Of a stretch of DNA of 64,000 nucleotides, positions 37,818 through 51,256 are shown piece after piece. A program made the translations under genes and the position numbers. Each line of letters opens with the position of its first letter. The stretch's first letter is position 1. Under the pieces are notes generated by a model. That model made no database searches. It worked only from the letters and a program-made list of their open reading frames with translations, and was not told the DNA's origin. Origin of the DNA: Chiloscyllium plagiosum (taxonomy: Eukaryota); NCBI RefSeq assembly GCF_004010195.1, contig NC_057713.1:22560703-22624702 (forward strand). Direction: 5' to 3'.

Positions 37818-38138
37818 GGGCGGCACGGTGGCACAGTGGTTAGCACTGCTGCCTCACAGTGCCAGAGACCCGGGTCAATTCCCGCCTCGGGCAACTGTCT
37901 GTGTGGAGTTTGCACATTCTCCCCTTGTCAGTGTGGGTTTGCTCCGGTTTTCTCCCACAGTCCAAAAATGTGCAGGTTAGGTGAATTGGCCATGCTAAAT
38001 TGACCGTAGTGTTAGGTGAAGGGAGTAAATGTAGGGGAATGGGTCTGGGTGGGTTGCTCTTCGGAGGGTCGGTGTGGACTTGTTGGGCTGAAGGGCCTGT
38101 TTCCACACTGTAAGGAATCTAATCGAATCTAATCTAAT
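37818..38138 (+). mobile_element. HE1-type SINE, young full-length copy
   Basis: gggcggcacggtggcacagtggttagcactgctgcctcacag head with CpGs retained, V-domain core, (AATCT)n tail. Confidence 0.95.
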
Positions 38139-38713
38139 AAAGTTGGTGGTGAACTATTTCCAAATCTGTTGCCAGTCCTTGTGAGGGAAGGGGCATTCCA
38201 CAATTCTGTCTCAATGAGAGCACAAGCGTGACAGTGTTTCCAACTCACAACATTTGAGGCTCAGAAGGGAATAAGCAGTTGATGGTATTCCCATGCATCT
38301 GCTATCCCTGTCCTTGTAGATGGCAGGGATGGTCAATTTTGTATGTGCTAGCTAAGGAGGCTTGGTGAATTGCTGCAGTTTTCACACACATACTCTTGCT
38401 GCTATGTGCCACTGGAGGAAGGAGTGAATGTTGAATGTAGTAGATGGGATGCCAATCAAGAGGATTGCTTTGATTGGCGTAATGTCAAGCTTTTTGAAGT
38501 GCACTCATCTACCAGGTGGAGAATATTCAAAAATGATTCTGATTTGGGCTTTTGGAGTCTGGCTTGTGGAGTCTGCAAGTGAGTACTTTACTGCAGAGTT
38601 ATCAGCATCAGACCTGCCTTTTTTGCCACAGTATTTATATGATTGGTCCAGTTCAGTTTCAGGTCATTGGCAGCCCTCAAGACATTCGGGGATTCAACCA
38701 TGGTATTGGCATT

Positions 38714-39266
38714 GAAACATAGGAAATAGATGCCATAGTAGGCCATTTGGTCCCTTTGGCCTGCTCTGCCATTCAGTAGAATCATGGACTACTCATCAAC
38801 CAACTCAGTACGCTAAGCAGTGTTCTCCCCACACCTTCTCATCCCTCAACAGGCTCAACGCTCTCTGGGTGGAGAAATTTCTTCTAATTTGTCTATAAAA
38901 TGGCCTACTGCATATCCATAGACTATGATGCCTGGTTCTAGAATGCCCAGTCATCAGACTGCCCTTCCTGGGTTTACACTGTCTAGTCCTGTTAGAATTT
39001 TATAGGTTTTTATGACGTACCTCCCCTCATTCTTCTAAACTCCAGTGAATGTAGTCTAACCAATCCAGTCTCTCTTCGAACATCTGTTCTGCCATCCCAG
39101 CAATTAATCGGGTAAATCTTTGTTGCACTCCCGTCATAGCCAGAACATCTTTCCTCAACTGAGACTGAATCTCTGCACAAAATTCCAAGTGTGGTCTCAC
39201 AAAGAGCCCTGTACCATTGCAGCAAGACACCCCTGCTCCTACTCAAATCCTCTTGCTATGAAGATA
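38714..39266 (-). mobile_element. CR1 3' fragment
   Basis: ORF 39027-39230(-) VRPHLEFC..LRKDVLAM.GVQQRFTRLI.GM. Confidence 0.88.
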
Positions 39267-40578
39267 ATTTATCGGACAGGATCATTGTTTGGTACTTGTG
39301 TAGCATGAATGTTAAAGCCACTTATCAACCTCTTACGTTGTAGAGGTTTTTACCATACTTACCACTGTCATTATCTGCAAACTTTCTCACGTCTGATGGA
39401 GAGGATATTATTAATAAAGCATTTGAAGATGTTTGGATGCAGTGAAGCCTTGGTTTGAGATGATTAATTTCCAACAACCACAAACGTCTGTGCTCAATAT
39501 GACCCCAGCCATTATGTTGTTTTCCCAGATTCCTACTTATTTCAGATCTGGTGGGTCTTCTTGGTACCTCACATGATCAACTGCTAGCTTGGTGTCAAAG
39601 ACCGCCATTCTCACTTCAGTTCTTTTGTCCATCTTTGGATCAAGAATATGATGAGTTTAGGAGCTGACTGGCCCTGCAGGAGAATGCAGAGCTTTGGTGA
39701 GCTGTTTGTTGCTGTGTAAATGCCACTTGGTAGCAATGTTTTTGACACCTTCCATCACTCCGTTGATGCCAGAAAAAAGACTGACCTGGCACAGGAATTA
39801 GGAGCTGAAGGAGGCCATTCAGCCCATCAAGCCTGCTCCATGATTAGGTTAGATCACAGCTGATTAGAATGTGGCCTTAATTCTCTTTTTCTGTCTGCTC
39901 CATAGTTCTTGACACCCTTGACTGAAAAAACCTGCTCAATTTTGCCTTGGATTTGCTCAGTGACACTGACTTTGTTGCTCTCTGTAGTTGAGAATTCTGT
40001 AAACTAATGACCCTCTTTATCCCAGACTTAGTTGGTATTCATTTTTTGTTTAACTGTGTCCTCTTGATCTAGTCTTTCATAAAATGAAAGTCCTCTCAGC
40101 ATCCACCCTGTCAAAAATGTTATATTTTTTTCTAAGATCACCTCTCATTCTTCTAAACACCAAAGAATGTAATCTTCATCTGCTCAACATTTCCTCATAA
40201 AGGTATCTCTTTATCCCGGGAGGCAGGCAAGTGAAGCTCTTCCAAATTGCTCCAATTTGCAGTTTTATCCTTTCTGAAATAAGGGGATCAAAACTAAATA
40301 CTGTTCTCAAGGTGTGGTCTGTCTATTGCCCTGATACTGCTGTAGCACGGCTTCTTTACTTTGATACTCTAGCCCCTTGCAATAAATAACAGTATTAGAT
40401 TTTCTTTCCCCTTCGTTTACATATCTGTATAAATAATATGTACTGGACACCCAGATCCCTTTGTAACTAGAGTTTTGCAGTCTCTATTTGTACCAAAAAT
40501 ACACTACATTTATATCCTTCCTAAATAATCCTAACTTTTAGCAATTAATTGAACTGAATCTCTTTCCAGAGTCATAAT

Positions 40579-41168
40579 TGTGACAATCACATGGCCTTAG
40601 GGGATGCATTTTGTCCTTTTTATTTTGAAGGAATGTTTTGAGCCATAGCCACAGAGCTGTCTCCTCCAAACCAATAAAGTAAACAGCTTATGAGACCTTT
40701 AAAGTTGGAACAGCATGACTGGGTGGATTCAGACTCCCATAGAACCAGGGTTTTAGTTTAGCTTTCAGTTGCTGGGGTTTTGAAGCTGCATGTGGAAGCT
40801 ATTATTCCTCTCTTTGTTACAGCAAAAAAATGGAGTTGCTTCTGCTGCCAGGATAGCATGTGAAGCAATCTATTTTATTAAATTTGTATTTATGGGATGA
40901 TACTATATTGTGACAGTTGCTGTTCAGTAGTTAAATAATCTATTATTCTGGTAAGTTTTCCAGTAGTTAAAGGTAGGCCAATTCTTCTGTCTTTTGTTTG
41001 CATTTTAATGATAGGGTAAGAATAGAGTGTGTTTTGCTGAAAGCCGAGTAACCAATTGAATTATACTGACAACGCAGCATCTTACCCTTGCCTTTAAATA
41101 AAAAAAAAAGTTATGGTCTAGGCTACCTACTTAATACATTTGAAGGAGGTTTGGTGTGGTCCATAACA
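40579..41168. mobile_element. Solo LTR (TG...CA) with 4-bp TSD TAAT
   Basis: taat|TGTGACA...CCATAACA|taat; homologous to 12525-13140. Confidence 0.85.
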
Positions 41169-41274
41169 TAATGTCCACTTAACAATTTAATTTCCTACCT
41201 ATCTTTGTATCACCATAAAGCCTATCCACCATACCTTTTGCCTTTTTATCCAAGTCATTGATATAGATTGAGGT

Positions 41275-41456
41275 AGGAGAAAGTGAGGTCTGCAGGTTCT
41301 GGAGAGTCCGAGTCAAAAAATGTGATGCTGGAAAAGCACAGCAGGTCAGGCAGCATCCGAGGAGCAGGAGAATCAGCATTTCGGGCATAAGCTCTTCATC
41401 AGGAATTCTTAATGAAGGGCTTACGCCTGAAACATCAGCTCTCCTACTCCTTGGAT
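41275..41456 (-). mobile_element. Penelope-like fold-back element (family 1), older
   Basis: aggagaaagtgagg tail; palindrome centred on gaattc 41403-41408; minus strand CTGATGA-agagc-ttat-gccc-GAAA with a decayed cleavage site. Confidence 0.85.
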
Positions 41457-42859
41457 TTGTTAGTATAGTCCCAGGCATTGATTTCTGTGACACACCACGA
41501 CTAACAGTTTCCCAGCTGAAAATGATCCTTTATCCGTACTCTTTGCTTCTGTTAACTACCCAATCCTCTATCCAGGCTTCTACTTTCTATTTTCTAATTC
41601 CACCTTCTATTCCAAGAACTCTTTAATTTTGTGATGTAACTTTTGATGTAGTACCTGTTCAAATGTCATCTGTAAAGCTATAAGGATACTACACGTACAG
41701 GTTGCCTTTAATTCATTTTGCCTGTTATTTTCTTAAAGAACACTAAAGTCTTCTACAATGAAGACAAAAACAAAATACATTGTTAATGCTACTGCTATCT
41801 TTTGGTGTACAATTATTAACTGTCCACTTTGTCTAAGGGAATAATATTACATGAGTTACTATTTCCCTTTTCAAAAAACTTACCTCAAAAAACTCTGCCT
41901 AATAATCTTGACAGTATTGTATGATTTTTTTTCTTTCAATTTTGCACTATCCTAATTTTCCTTATCCACATCTTTCATTCTCCTTTGTTGAAAGTTATGA
42001 AACATATCCTTGAATATTTTAAAAATTATTTTCCCAGTTCACTTTAGCCATCTCAGTTCTCATACCCTTATAATTGTCCTTATTTAAGTGTAAGATATGA
42101 GTTCAAGACCCACACTTCTCACACTCAAACTGAAAGTGAGAATATGTTAAATAAATATGTTATCATCTTATGGTCACTATTGCCTAGAGGCTCCCTTACT
42201 GTGACGTCATTATTTAATCCTATCTCTTTGCACACTAGCAAGTCTAAAATCATCAACTCTTTGGTTCTAACTAAAATGTACCTCTCCAGTAAATTGACCC
42301 AACTGCACTCTAGGAACGCATCTTCCAACATATTGTGGAATTATTGACCAAATTGGATTTGTTCTGCTTTGAGTGTACAAGATAGACATAGACAATTTTC
42401 ATCTTGTCAGAAAGATACCAGTGTTGAATGTCGGCAGTCATCTTTCAACAAGACCAAATATTCAAATTCCAAATATGGGGAAGATGATGAGTATTAGTCA
42501 AACACTTTTAGCTGTCTCACACTTGGTTTCCAGAAGATATCCTGTAAATAAAAGAAAAAGAAAGAACCTGGTATTTTAAGCCTCTTTCATGATGTCAGAA
42601 TGCCCACTGCTTTAGGGCCAGCAAAGAGGAACAGCCACTGTTTAATGTAGGAAAGCACGACAAGTAATCTGTGCTTAAAAACATCCCAAAAATGCCAGTG
42701 AGATAAGTAACCAGTTATAGCTATTTTCTTTGGCAGAGGGAATAACTGTTAGAATCATAAGTTGGTCTCCTACCGTGCGGTAACCAGTCTGCCTGTTAAA
42801 TCTGTACCAGCTCTTTGCAAGCATGACTTAGTGAATGCAACTCCCACTTCTTCATGAAA

Positions 42860-43430
42860 TAGAAAAGAAAATCTGCCGATGCTTTAAATCTGAAGCAGAA
42901 ATAGCTAGAGAAACCCAGCAGATGTGCTGGCATCTGTGGAGAGAAAGCAGAATTAATGTTTTGAGCTTAGTGCCCATTCACTGAACCTGAAACATTGAAC
43001 TCTGCTTTCTCTGTACAAATGCTGCCGGAGCTTTGGGTTTCTCTGGCTATTTCTGGCTTTTGTTCTGAAAACAGCAAATGCTGGAGATCACAGTGGGTCA
43101 GACAGCATCCATGGAGACAGAGCAAGCTAAAGTTTTGAGTCTAGATGATTCTTCATTGGAGATGACGTGAAGCGTAAAGAGGGAGCATTTATACAATAGT
43201 GGGGAGCAATGCAGAGGGTGGAATGCTGGGAGAGAAAGAATGTTGATAGTTTGGGTTAAATGATTTGCACAGCAATGGTCTAACTGCCTGACTTGAAAGA
43301 ACAGACAGTCCCACAGAGATGAGGGGAGGGGAGGGAGATTGTAACAAGTGAAGCTAAAAGAAATGAAGGAATGGGAGTTGTTTCACAGTTTGAAGCTGTT
43401 GAATTCAGTCTTAAGTCCAGAAGGTTATAG
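42860..43430 (-). mobile_element. Cluster of Penelope-like pLTR remnants (family 3) with ORF 3' end
   Basis: Inverted pair at about 42895-43055; ttgaattcagtcttaagtccagaagg (PSGLKTEFN on the minus strand) parallels 51590-51620. Confidence 0.7.
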
Positions 43431-44905
43431 AGTGGTTTTTGCTCCCAATTCCTCATCTCTTTTCTCACAGACTTAAAGATATTGTTTCTCCAGGTGCTTA
43501 TTGAATTCTCTATTGAAAGCCGAGTTTGAGCCTTCCTACACCATGCTTTTCTTTATACAGTTCAGATCTGGAAAACCCTACCAGAGGTTGTGGTAGAGCC
43601 AGATACCAACTGGAGCTTTCACAGTGGAATCTGATTAGTATTTGAAGAGAAAAATTAACGGGACCATATGATAAGGGTAGGCAAGTGGGACTAGCTGTGC
43701 TGTGTTGGACAGCTGACCTCCCAATGTGCTGTATTTTGACCATTGGCAAGAACTGAATTATTAGGTTGTGGTTGTTAAAATATGGTCAACCTGGTGAATA
43801 AAGTTGATTATAATCATTATGTTGACAATTCCAAACTATATTAATGGAGATAATTCTTACATTAAGAGGATAAGAGTGTATTGTATGATTTCCACTTGGG
43901 AAAAAAATCCGTGATTTCCCCAAAGAGATGACTTGGGTCACTGCTGCACTTCTTTGAAATTGATGATAAAGTGTGGAATTTGGACACAGGCATAATAAGG
44001 GTAAAGCCAGCAAGATGTGTCTCCTTAGTTCTCATTTTACAGAATACCTGAGCCATTCTATGCTGCTCCATTGTAAAACTCTGATCCAGTTGCTTGCTTT
44101 TGCATAAAGTGCCCAGTTTCCAATTCCTAATGTACTGAGTGGAGCTAATTGGCTGCCAACTTCACCATGTGACAACTGTATTTTTTTATGAATGATTTAA
44201 GTTGGCCATGGAACAAAGCACAACTGGCCAATTTTTCTGCAATTCAGTGTGCCTCATTGAACTGTAATATTTCTTGACAATTGATATGTTTGTCAGGATT
44301 CAGCTGCGTAAGCACACCGTAACCAAGTTCTAATGGTTTTTTAATTTAGCACTGGTAAAATTGCTGCTGATGAATGGAAGTCTGGTTTCAGGCACTGACT
44401 GCATGCAACAAGACCCACTTCTGCATTGCTTGCCCTATCGGTCTTTTACTTTATCCATTCACTCACAACTTATCTCCATATTAAATCTCTTACTAGTACC
44501 TGTGTTTTGGATCTGTCATTACTCTGTATTTTTACCTAATCTTCCACAGAAAGAAGTGCCATGAACATTATAATTTTAAAGGAAAGTATTGACACACACA
44601 CAAAATAAAGTCATCTGAATGAAGGATGATGCATGCGTTAATGAAATTGATTTTCTGAATAATTGTAAACAAAAGCAATTTGTTTTTTTTTCTGTCGATA
44701 AACTCTCTTGCTCATTGTATTTGGCATCTTAACCTGTTGTTTGCTAAGGATGGACTGGATAGGCTCTTCTTTCAGTAGTAAATGGAGGGGGTAGGAGCAT
44801 AAAAATGGGTATAAAGAATCTGTGAATTCTAGCAAATACTGTGAAGTTAGTCAGGCTTAAAGCAGAAATATGCAGAGGCAAACTTTGAACAGGCACAGAA
44901 GCAGA

Positions 44906-44989
44906 TGAGTAGTTATTTGAAATTATCACTGATATGAGTTATTTAATATTGTTCAGTGAGTAGTTATTTAAAATTATCACTGATATGAG
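44906..44989. repeat. 33-bp direct repeat, two copies, 51-bp period
   Basis: tgagtagttattt(g/a)aaattatcactgatatgag at 44906-44938 and 44957-44989. Confidence 0.85.
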
Positions 44990-46789
44990 GAAGCACGATG
45001 GATTTGTTTTATTTTTTCCATTCACTTCCAAAAGAATGAATGAGCAATTATTAATATCAATGTTCATGTCTTTATATCAAAGACATAAATATCCAGTTCA
45101 GATTAATGCTACATCCTAAGGTTATGCTCTCATATATTTAAATAATGAATTTATGTAGCTAACTCAAATGTAAAATGAATTAACATTGCTGCGCTTGAGG
45201 GAAAATTTGAGCTAGCACGTTAAATTTGGATAATTCCTTCCTGGCTGCAATCCTCTTGCTCTCGTGATTTCATAGTTTCTGCCTCTTAGCAACATGAAGG
45301 AGCAACTTTATTGTCATTCAGTTTGTTCAGCAACCTGTGGAAAATTCTTTCGTTCTGATTCTTCTCAGCCTGATGATATAGTAGAAATTGGAAATTTATC
45401 ACGTGAAAAAAAACTTCAGTCTAAGCTCCCACAGCCCTCTGCAAGAGCAGCGCATTAAGGTCGGTCAATCCATACTATAAGTAAATTGATTGTTATGATA
45501 TTATTTAAAACTAAATGACTGCTTGCCTTAATTAAGAACAATATTTCTCTGAGCTAATGTTAATGAATTAGTGTATTAGTGAAAAAGGAAAATGTCAAGC
45601 TGGTCAAGAGCAATTCAATCTTGTGGTAATTCCCGTTCAGATGAGGATATTTTCTCATCAAGGATATTTTGAATGGCAGGTTTGAAATTCCTGCATTTAA
45701 ATGATCCACAGAGCAGATTTAATTTGTAACTGTGAAACTGTTCAAAGAAAATTGCTGCAATTGATTCTGAGAGTTGCATAGTTACTGCTATTTGAGCACC
45801 CGAAGATATAGCACCTGCTAGCTATAGTGATTGCTTTACATAGAGCTCCATTGAAATGAATTAACTCCGATTATCACACAGCTGCAAAATCACATTGACT
45901 CAAATGCATCTAGTCCTGGTGCATTGGCAGATTCTCCACCAGTGGAATTAGGTGAATTTCTTTTTAATTAAGTGACCAATTCACTGCCTTAGTTCATATG
46001 CTGGCATAGAATGTGACATTTACTCTGCTGTACTGACAAAAGTGGGAAATGTTGAAATATTATATGATTCAAAAAGAAATTGCAAGTTCTCAGTGTAGGA
46101 AACACTTTCCTTCTCACAAGATGGAAGCTGCTACAGAATATTTTTGCTTCTGTTCTCAGAGTTCTGACAATATTGAATTTTCCACATTTCTCTTCTCTCA
46201 TAATAAAGTTTGCTGTTTTACATAGTATTGATGTACACTCAATTAAAAATCAACCTTATAATGCTGTAAGAATTGAATAGTAATCATTGCTCTGGGCATG
46301 AAGATTTTTCATAAGGAACAGGACAAAAAAAGACCGTATCATGGAATTTAGTGTGTAGTGAACTGATTCTGTGTGAGGATTCAGCAAGAAACACTTTCGG
46401 GGATTTAAACTGAAATTATGGAATGATGAGTGATCTGTATAAGGGCTTTGCTAGAAGTTGAGCAGTTAGTAAATCTTCCTTCCTTTTGTAGGGACTAAGC
46501 AAAGAGCATATCCCTCTGAATGTAACATTGTACAGGGATTGTATGTGCCATCTGTTCATGAGTTCCTTTGGAAATAAGCCATACATCAGCTCTTTCTATA
46601 TGGGGAGCTGACTGGGGCCGAAAGAAAGCTCACATCATTCTGCATGAGGTCTCAGAGAGGGAGTGCGCAATCATATGACATTCTTGTCGGAACATTTTAA
46701 TTGGAATCGAGCAACTTTCTGGAAGTGGGCTTCAGTGAAGGCTAATTGATCCTTTGTAGAAGGATGAGCTGATCATTTTAAAGAAGTAA

Positions 46790-47360
46790 AAACAACAGCG
46801 AATATGACAAATCTGAAACAAAAACGGAAAGTGCTGGAGAGACTGAGCAGGTCTAGCAGCATCTGTAAAAAGTAATGCAGAGTTCACATGTCAAGTCCAT
46901 TGACCCTTCATCAGAAACAAAAACAGGAATTACTGGAAAAGTTCATCAGCACTGGTAGCATCTGTGGAAGAAGGCAGAATTAATGCTTCGGGTTGAGTGA
47001 CCCTTCCTCCTTACATGAGTTCTGTGAGACAAGAGCAAGCAGAAACAAGGGGTTTGACCAGTTCTGCCAGGACTGTTCTGGTGAAGGGTCACAGAGTCAT
47101 AGAGATGTTCAGCACCGAAACAGATCATTCGTTCCAACTCGTCCATGCCGACCAGATATCCCAACCCAATCTAGTCCCACCTGCCAGCACCTGGCCCATA
47201 TCCCTCCAAACCCTTCCTATTCATTTACCCATCCAGATGCCTTTTAAATGTTGAAATCATGCTAGCCTCCATGGTCGCTGGAGTCAAAACGTTAACTCTG
47301 TTTTTCTTTGTATAGATGCTGCTAGACCTGCAGCATTTCTCCAGAAATTTCTGATTTTGA
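46790..47360. mobile_element. Nested Penelope-like pLTR remnants (family 3)
   Basis: Tandem pLTR heads at about 46815 and 46915; inverted arm gttctggtgaagggtc...aaaacgttaactctg...gctgctagacctg split by a CR1 tail. Confidence 0.75.
47092..47271 (-). mobile_element. Young CR1 extreme 3' end
   Basis: cagagtcatagagatg...tccatgccgaccagatatccc...cccatccagatgcc, near-identical to 16177-16345. Confidence 0.9.
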
Positions 47361-47614
47361 TCCTTTTAAGGACATGACTTCACTGGAGAGTGTGCAGTGA
47401 ATGGGGGAGAGACTTCACTTGGGTCTTGTGATGCTGCATAAATGAATATTAAGAGCTAAAAATGTGATCTGTTCTGAGTTCAGAGCTGGTTAATTAGTCT
47501 TGGAAGACCAAATCAAGGCCAGGTTTGTTGGGTTTACCACTAATAGGACAGTCATGTTATCAGATTAATCAAAGATTTCATTTTAAATGACCTTTTGCTT
47601 TCTTACTTTTCCAG

Positions 47615-47765
47615 GTAATCTGTACCCTAGTGGCAGCGTTTCTGCATTTTTTCTTCCTTTCATCATTCTGCTGGGTGCTGACAGAGGCCTGGCAATCATA
47701 TATGGCTGTCACAGGAAGATTACGAAATCGAATCATCAGGAAACGGTTCCTTTGTCTGGGATGGG
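47615..47765 (+). CDS. ADGRB1: ADGRB1 coding exon: TM3-ICL2, [50 protein letters not shown](G)
   Basis: Long pyrimidine tract plus ccag acceptor, GGG|gtaagt donor; 151 nt, phase 0 to 1. [17 protein letters not shown] is the BAI1 form; BAI3 as recalled has [17 protein letters not shown]. Confidence 0.97.
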
Positions 47766-48789
47766 GTAAGTAGATCGAACCTTACATTTCTGATAACCAT
47801 GGAAACACTATGTTCCAGAGTGGCTTTCAAACCCACATCTGTTTACCTATGGTAACCCCATTTTTAACTTGTCCTTTCCTTAGGGTTAGCATCAAATGTT
47901 ACTGTGCTCACTTTTTGAGGTGTTATTTAATTGATCAGGAGTCACAGCTGAATGTTATACCAATGAATCCTCTTATAACTGTCGCCACCTCCAGAAGATG
48001 TCACTGGTTTCCAGGGTAACTGAGGATGAGGATGACCATTTGTCTCATCTTCATTTCCTTAAAATTAACCCTATATTTTCCCCAACACTGCACTGTAGTT
48101 CAAGACTTCTGTCTCTACCCAACAAAACTCATTGATGTTGTTGAAATGAAAGAGCGGGCATGAGATACATGATGTTAGCTTTTCTGCCTTAGTCTACCTG
48201 CTTGACATGGGCAATGATATAAAAACACACAAATTCCAGTAACCCTCAGTCTTGGTTGACAGAGCTACCACATGACCACAGGAGCTGATGAGAAAATCAA
48301 GTTTGAAGGGATGTGTCTTCCATTATTTCTCTTTGAAGAAGTACCTAGCTGCCTCTTGATGCTTGCCACTGATGTTACAGCAGAGATGAGCAAACATTTT
48401 TGAAATGTTGTCATCTAAACAACCACAACGTGGAACAGTCAGTTGCAGCCATCCCTCAGCTCAGGAGATGTATGATCTTCTGGAAATTGTTCTTATGACT
48501 GCTTCTGAGTTTTGTATCAAACTAACGGTTGAGTGCTTGTTCTGTATTATTTAAAGAAAGAAATTAAAGATATTTATAACTTCTAGCATTTCTAAAGTAA
48601 TGTTCTGTATTTCTTAGGAACTTCTCATCCATTATTCAACATGCTATGCAATGAGTCTCAAAGGTTTTGCAGAATAAGTCAGTTATCCCACAATAATTTA
48701 TTGTCTGGCTTTGAGAAAAGTATCTGATTTTCAGTATACCCTTTGCTCACACCTAAACATTGATCATCCGTCCTTTTATGGGTGAGTAT

Positions 48790-49110
48790 AGTTTCAACAA
48801 CACGCTGGCATTTCTACAAGAATCCAAGTCAAAGCAATCCACTAGATGGCAATTGATCTACTGATTTAAGCACCCACTCCCACCCACCATTAAAGTACTG
48901 TGCACATGGCTTGCAAAATCCACTATAACAACTCACTAATGTTTTACTTTAGGCAGCACTTCCCAAACCTGCAACCTCTCCACAGTTGGAAGGACAATAG
49001 CAACAGCTGCACAAGGACTCCATCACCTCTGGGATGTCCTTAAAGCGAAAACCCACCTAACTGGACTCATATCACTGATATGTGGGAGCATTGTCATTGG
49101 ACAAAAAGCA
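48790..49110 (+). mobile_element. Second-lineage LINE 3' remnant
   Basis: atccaagtcaaagca; cagcacttcccaaacc; gaaggacaatagcaacag, complementary to 960-1010 and 38300-38350. Confidence 0.6.
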
Positions 49111-50454
49111 TTGTTTTAAAAATGTCTAATGCCTCCTTTTAATAGAGAACAAGGCTAGGCAAAACAAAAATTCTGATCGTAAAAGTGATGCCATAATTTT
49201 GAGAATGAATGAATAAGTTACTGATATTTCAGGTCCTGATATGGTGGATAGGTGGCTGAAGGCATTGGCACTTTGCACAATCAACTAATGTGCCAGTTTA
49301 CTGACTGTCCAACATTGGGGGCTGTTTTTCATGAGGCTTGAAATGGAGCTACCTGTCCATGAGTGGGCTGGTTAAGTGCAGTTGAGGCCTTTTGTCAAGA
49401 TCAGCTGCTTGGAGATAGCCCCTTGAAGGCAGACTCTAGGTGCAGCAGGGTCCAGGCAAGCTTATCGGCTGTTCTTTGCCTGTATTCAGCTTCAGCTGGA
49501 GGCAACTCTGTGGAGGGTTCTCTCTCGTAACCTCCAGCATAACGGCTTTTGAGAGTTTTGTTCATTTTAAGTTTTGAAACTTGGCAGGGCATAGTCCTAA
49601 GGAGTGACTCTATCTGTCACTCATCGACAAAAGCATTCTGCTATTGCTTATCAACTGGAAAGCCTTCTACTTGGACACTTCAGTCCACTGCCTCGCTGCT
49701 GATTGGGCAATTCAACAAAATTGCAGTCATTGTTCAGTCAACATTGTCTTCTGATCCTCATTTGGGGGTCTTCAAAAACCTCCTTAGAAAGCACAGAACA
49801 TACTGCACACTTTCATTTTGGAGCATCACTACCTACAAGTACTGAACCATGCAGCAAAAGATTCTGCTGAAATAATTAAATGTCAAGAACTAATCCTGAG
49901 GCATTTTGGACCGACGGACCTAGTGCGTTGTGACAAATTTAATCTCTTAAATTTAGATTTGAAAAAGTTTGAAAAATTTGTTTCAACACTGAGTGTTCAG
50001 CTTTCAGATTCTTTCTGAATCTTGAAAATTCTGAATAGATATGTTCTTAAAGATAATAAATTAAGTGCACTTCCCTTAAGGCTGCAACAAAATTGTTCCT
50101 CAGTTGTGACAAGGAGCAATAAAGGAAAAAGGACATAAAAATGGTGCTAGTTTAAATACAAAGCAATATCTCATTGGACATCAATGTTCTGTGTACTTTG
50201 TTGTTTCTCAAATTATGATAAATTATTCCACATTATTATACAATAATTTTAAATAACATCCAATGCAGTTCTAAAATGAATAATAACATTGCATAGATGC
50301 AGTTTTGATTTATTGCTGGCATTGCCAAAAGTTATTTTAGATATTTAAAATGTGTTGCTGGCAGGTCATTATTATTAACATTATTATAAAATGCAGTGAC
50401 TATTATGCAGTGCATGTCCACCTTTTTCTCCAATTATTGCAGAGTTCTGATGTA

Positions 50455-50766
50455 GGGAGCCACAGGTGACTCGGTGGTTATCACTGCTGCCTCATAGCAC
50501 CAGCGACCCAGGATTGATATCAGCCTTGGGTGACTGTCCGTGTGGAGTTTGCACATTCTCCATGTGTCTGCGTGGGTTTGCTCCGGGTGCTCTGGTTTCC
50601 TCCCACAGTCCAAAGATGTGCAGGTCCGGTGAATTGGTCATGCTAAATTGCCCATAGTGTTCGGTGCATTAGTCAGAGGGAAATGGGTCTGGATGGGTTA
50701 CTCTTCGGAGGATCCATGTGGAGTTGTTGGGCAAGTGGCTTGTTTCCACATGTAGGGAATCTAATC
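50455..50766 (+). mobile_element. HE1-type SINE
   Basis: ggtggttatcactgctgcctc...gactgtccgtgtggagtttgcacattctcc...gtagggaatctaatc. Confidence 0.93.
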
Positions 50767-51256
50767 AAAATATGTATAGATTAAGCTGTTTGCATTCTGT
50801 GCTGATACCTGCATTTAAATCAAATGCCCTTTTGTAAAATGCTACAGTTTCCAAGTGGGATTATAAATTAGGTAATGGGGATTTTGGATCTTTTAGATTT
50901 TTAAGAAAAACCTCTATAAAATTTCATATCTTTGCAATTACATAATCATTTCTGCTTTTTTTTCAAGGTTGTGTAACTCCTGCTTTGTTGTCATGTACTG
51001 TATCTTTTTTTAAATGCAGCATTCCAGATTTATGTATTGGAGACAAGCAGAACAAAAACAAAACTGGTTGTCTGTTGTGACGAGGAGAGGACTGATTTTG
51101 TGCCACATTTTATTGACTTTTGAAGGATTTCTTACTGCAGGCTGCTGATGTTTAAATGTTAAATGTATTAGAATTAGGTTTTATTGTCATGTTTGTTCAA
51201 TTACAAAAGTACAGGAGGACAGTGAAATGGCTGACACAAATACGGGCTCATTGCCT

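Larger units (their letters stand above)
37750..39790 (-). mobile_element. Second-lineage LINE 3' part, interrupted by HE1 (37818) and CR1 (38714)
   Basis: ORF 38588-38785(-) ends with DLKLNWTNHINTVAKKAG (RT thumb); gtcattatctgcaaac (FADND on the minus strand) at about 39368. Confidence 0.75.
39790..42350 (-). mobile_element. Old CR1 reaching the APE domain, hosting a solo LTR and a Penelope element
   Basis: 3' UTR ggaggccattcagcccatc at about 39810; YINDLD..DTKIG near 41200-41265; ORF 42125-42331(-) ILDL..VREPLGNSDH (APE). Confidence 0.8.

Noticed and set aside
44906-44989. 33-bp repeat, 18-bp spacer, repeat: CRISPR-like
   Set aside because: Only two units, vertebrate intron, no cas genes; a local tandem duplication.
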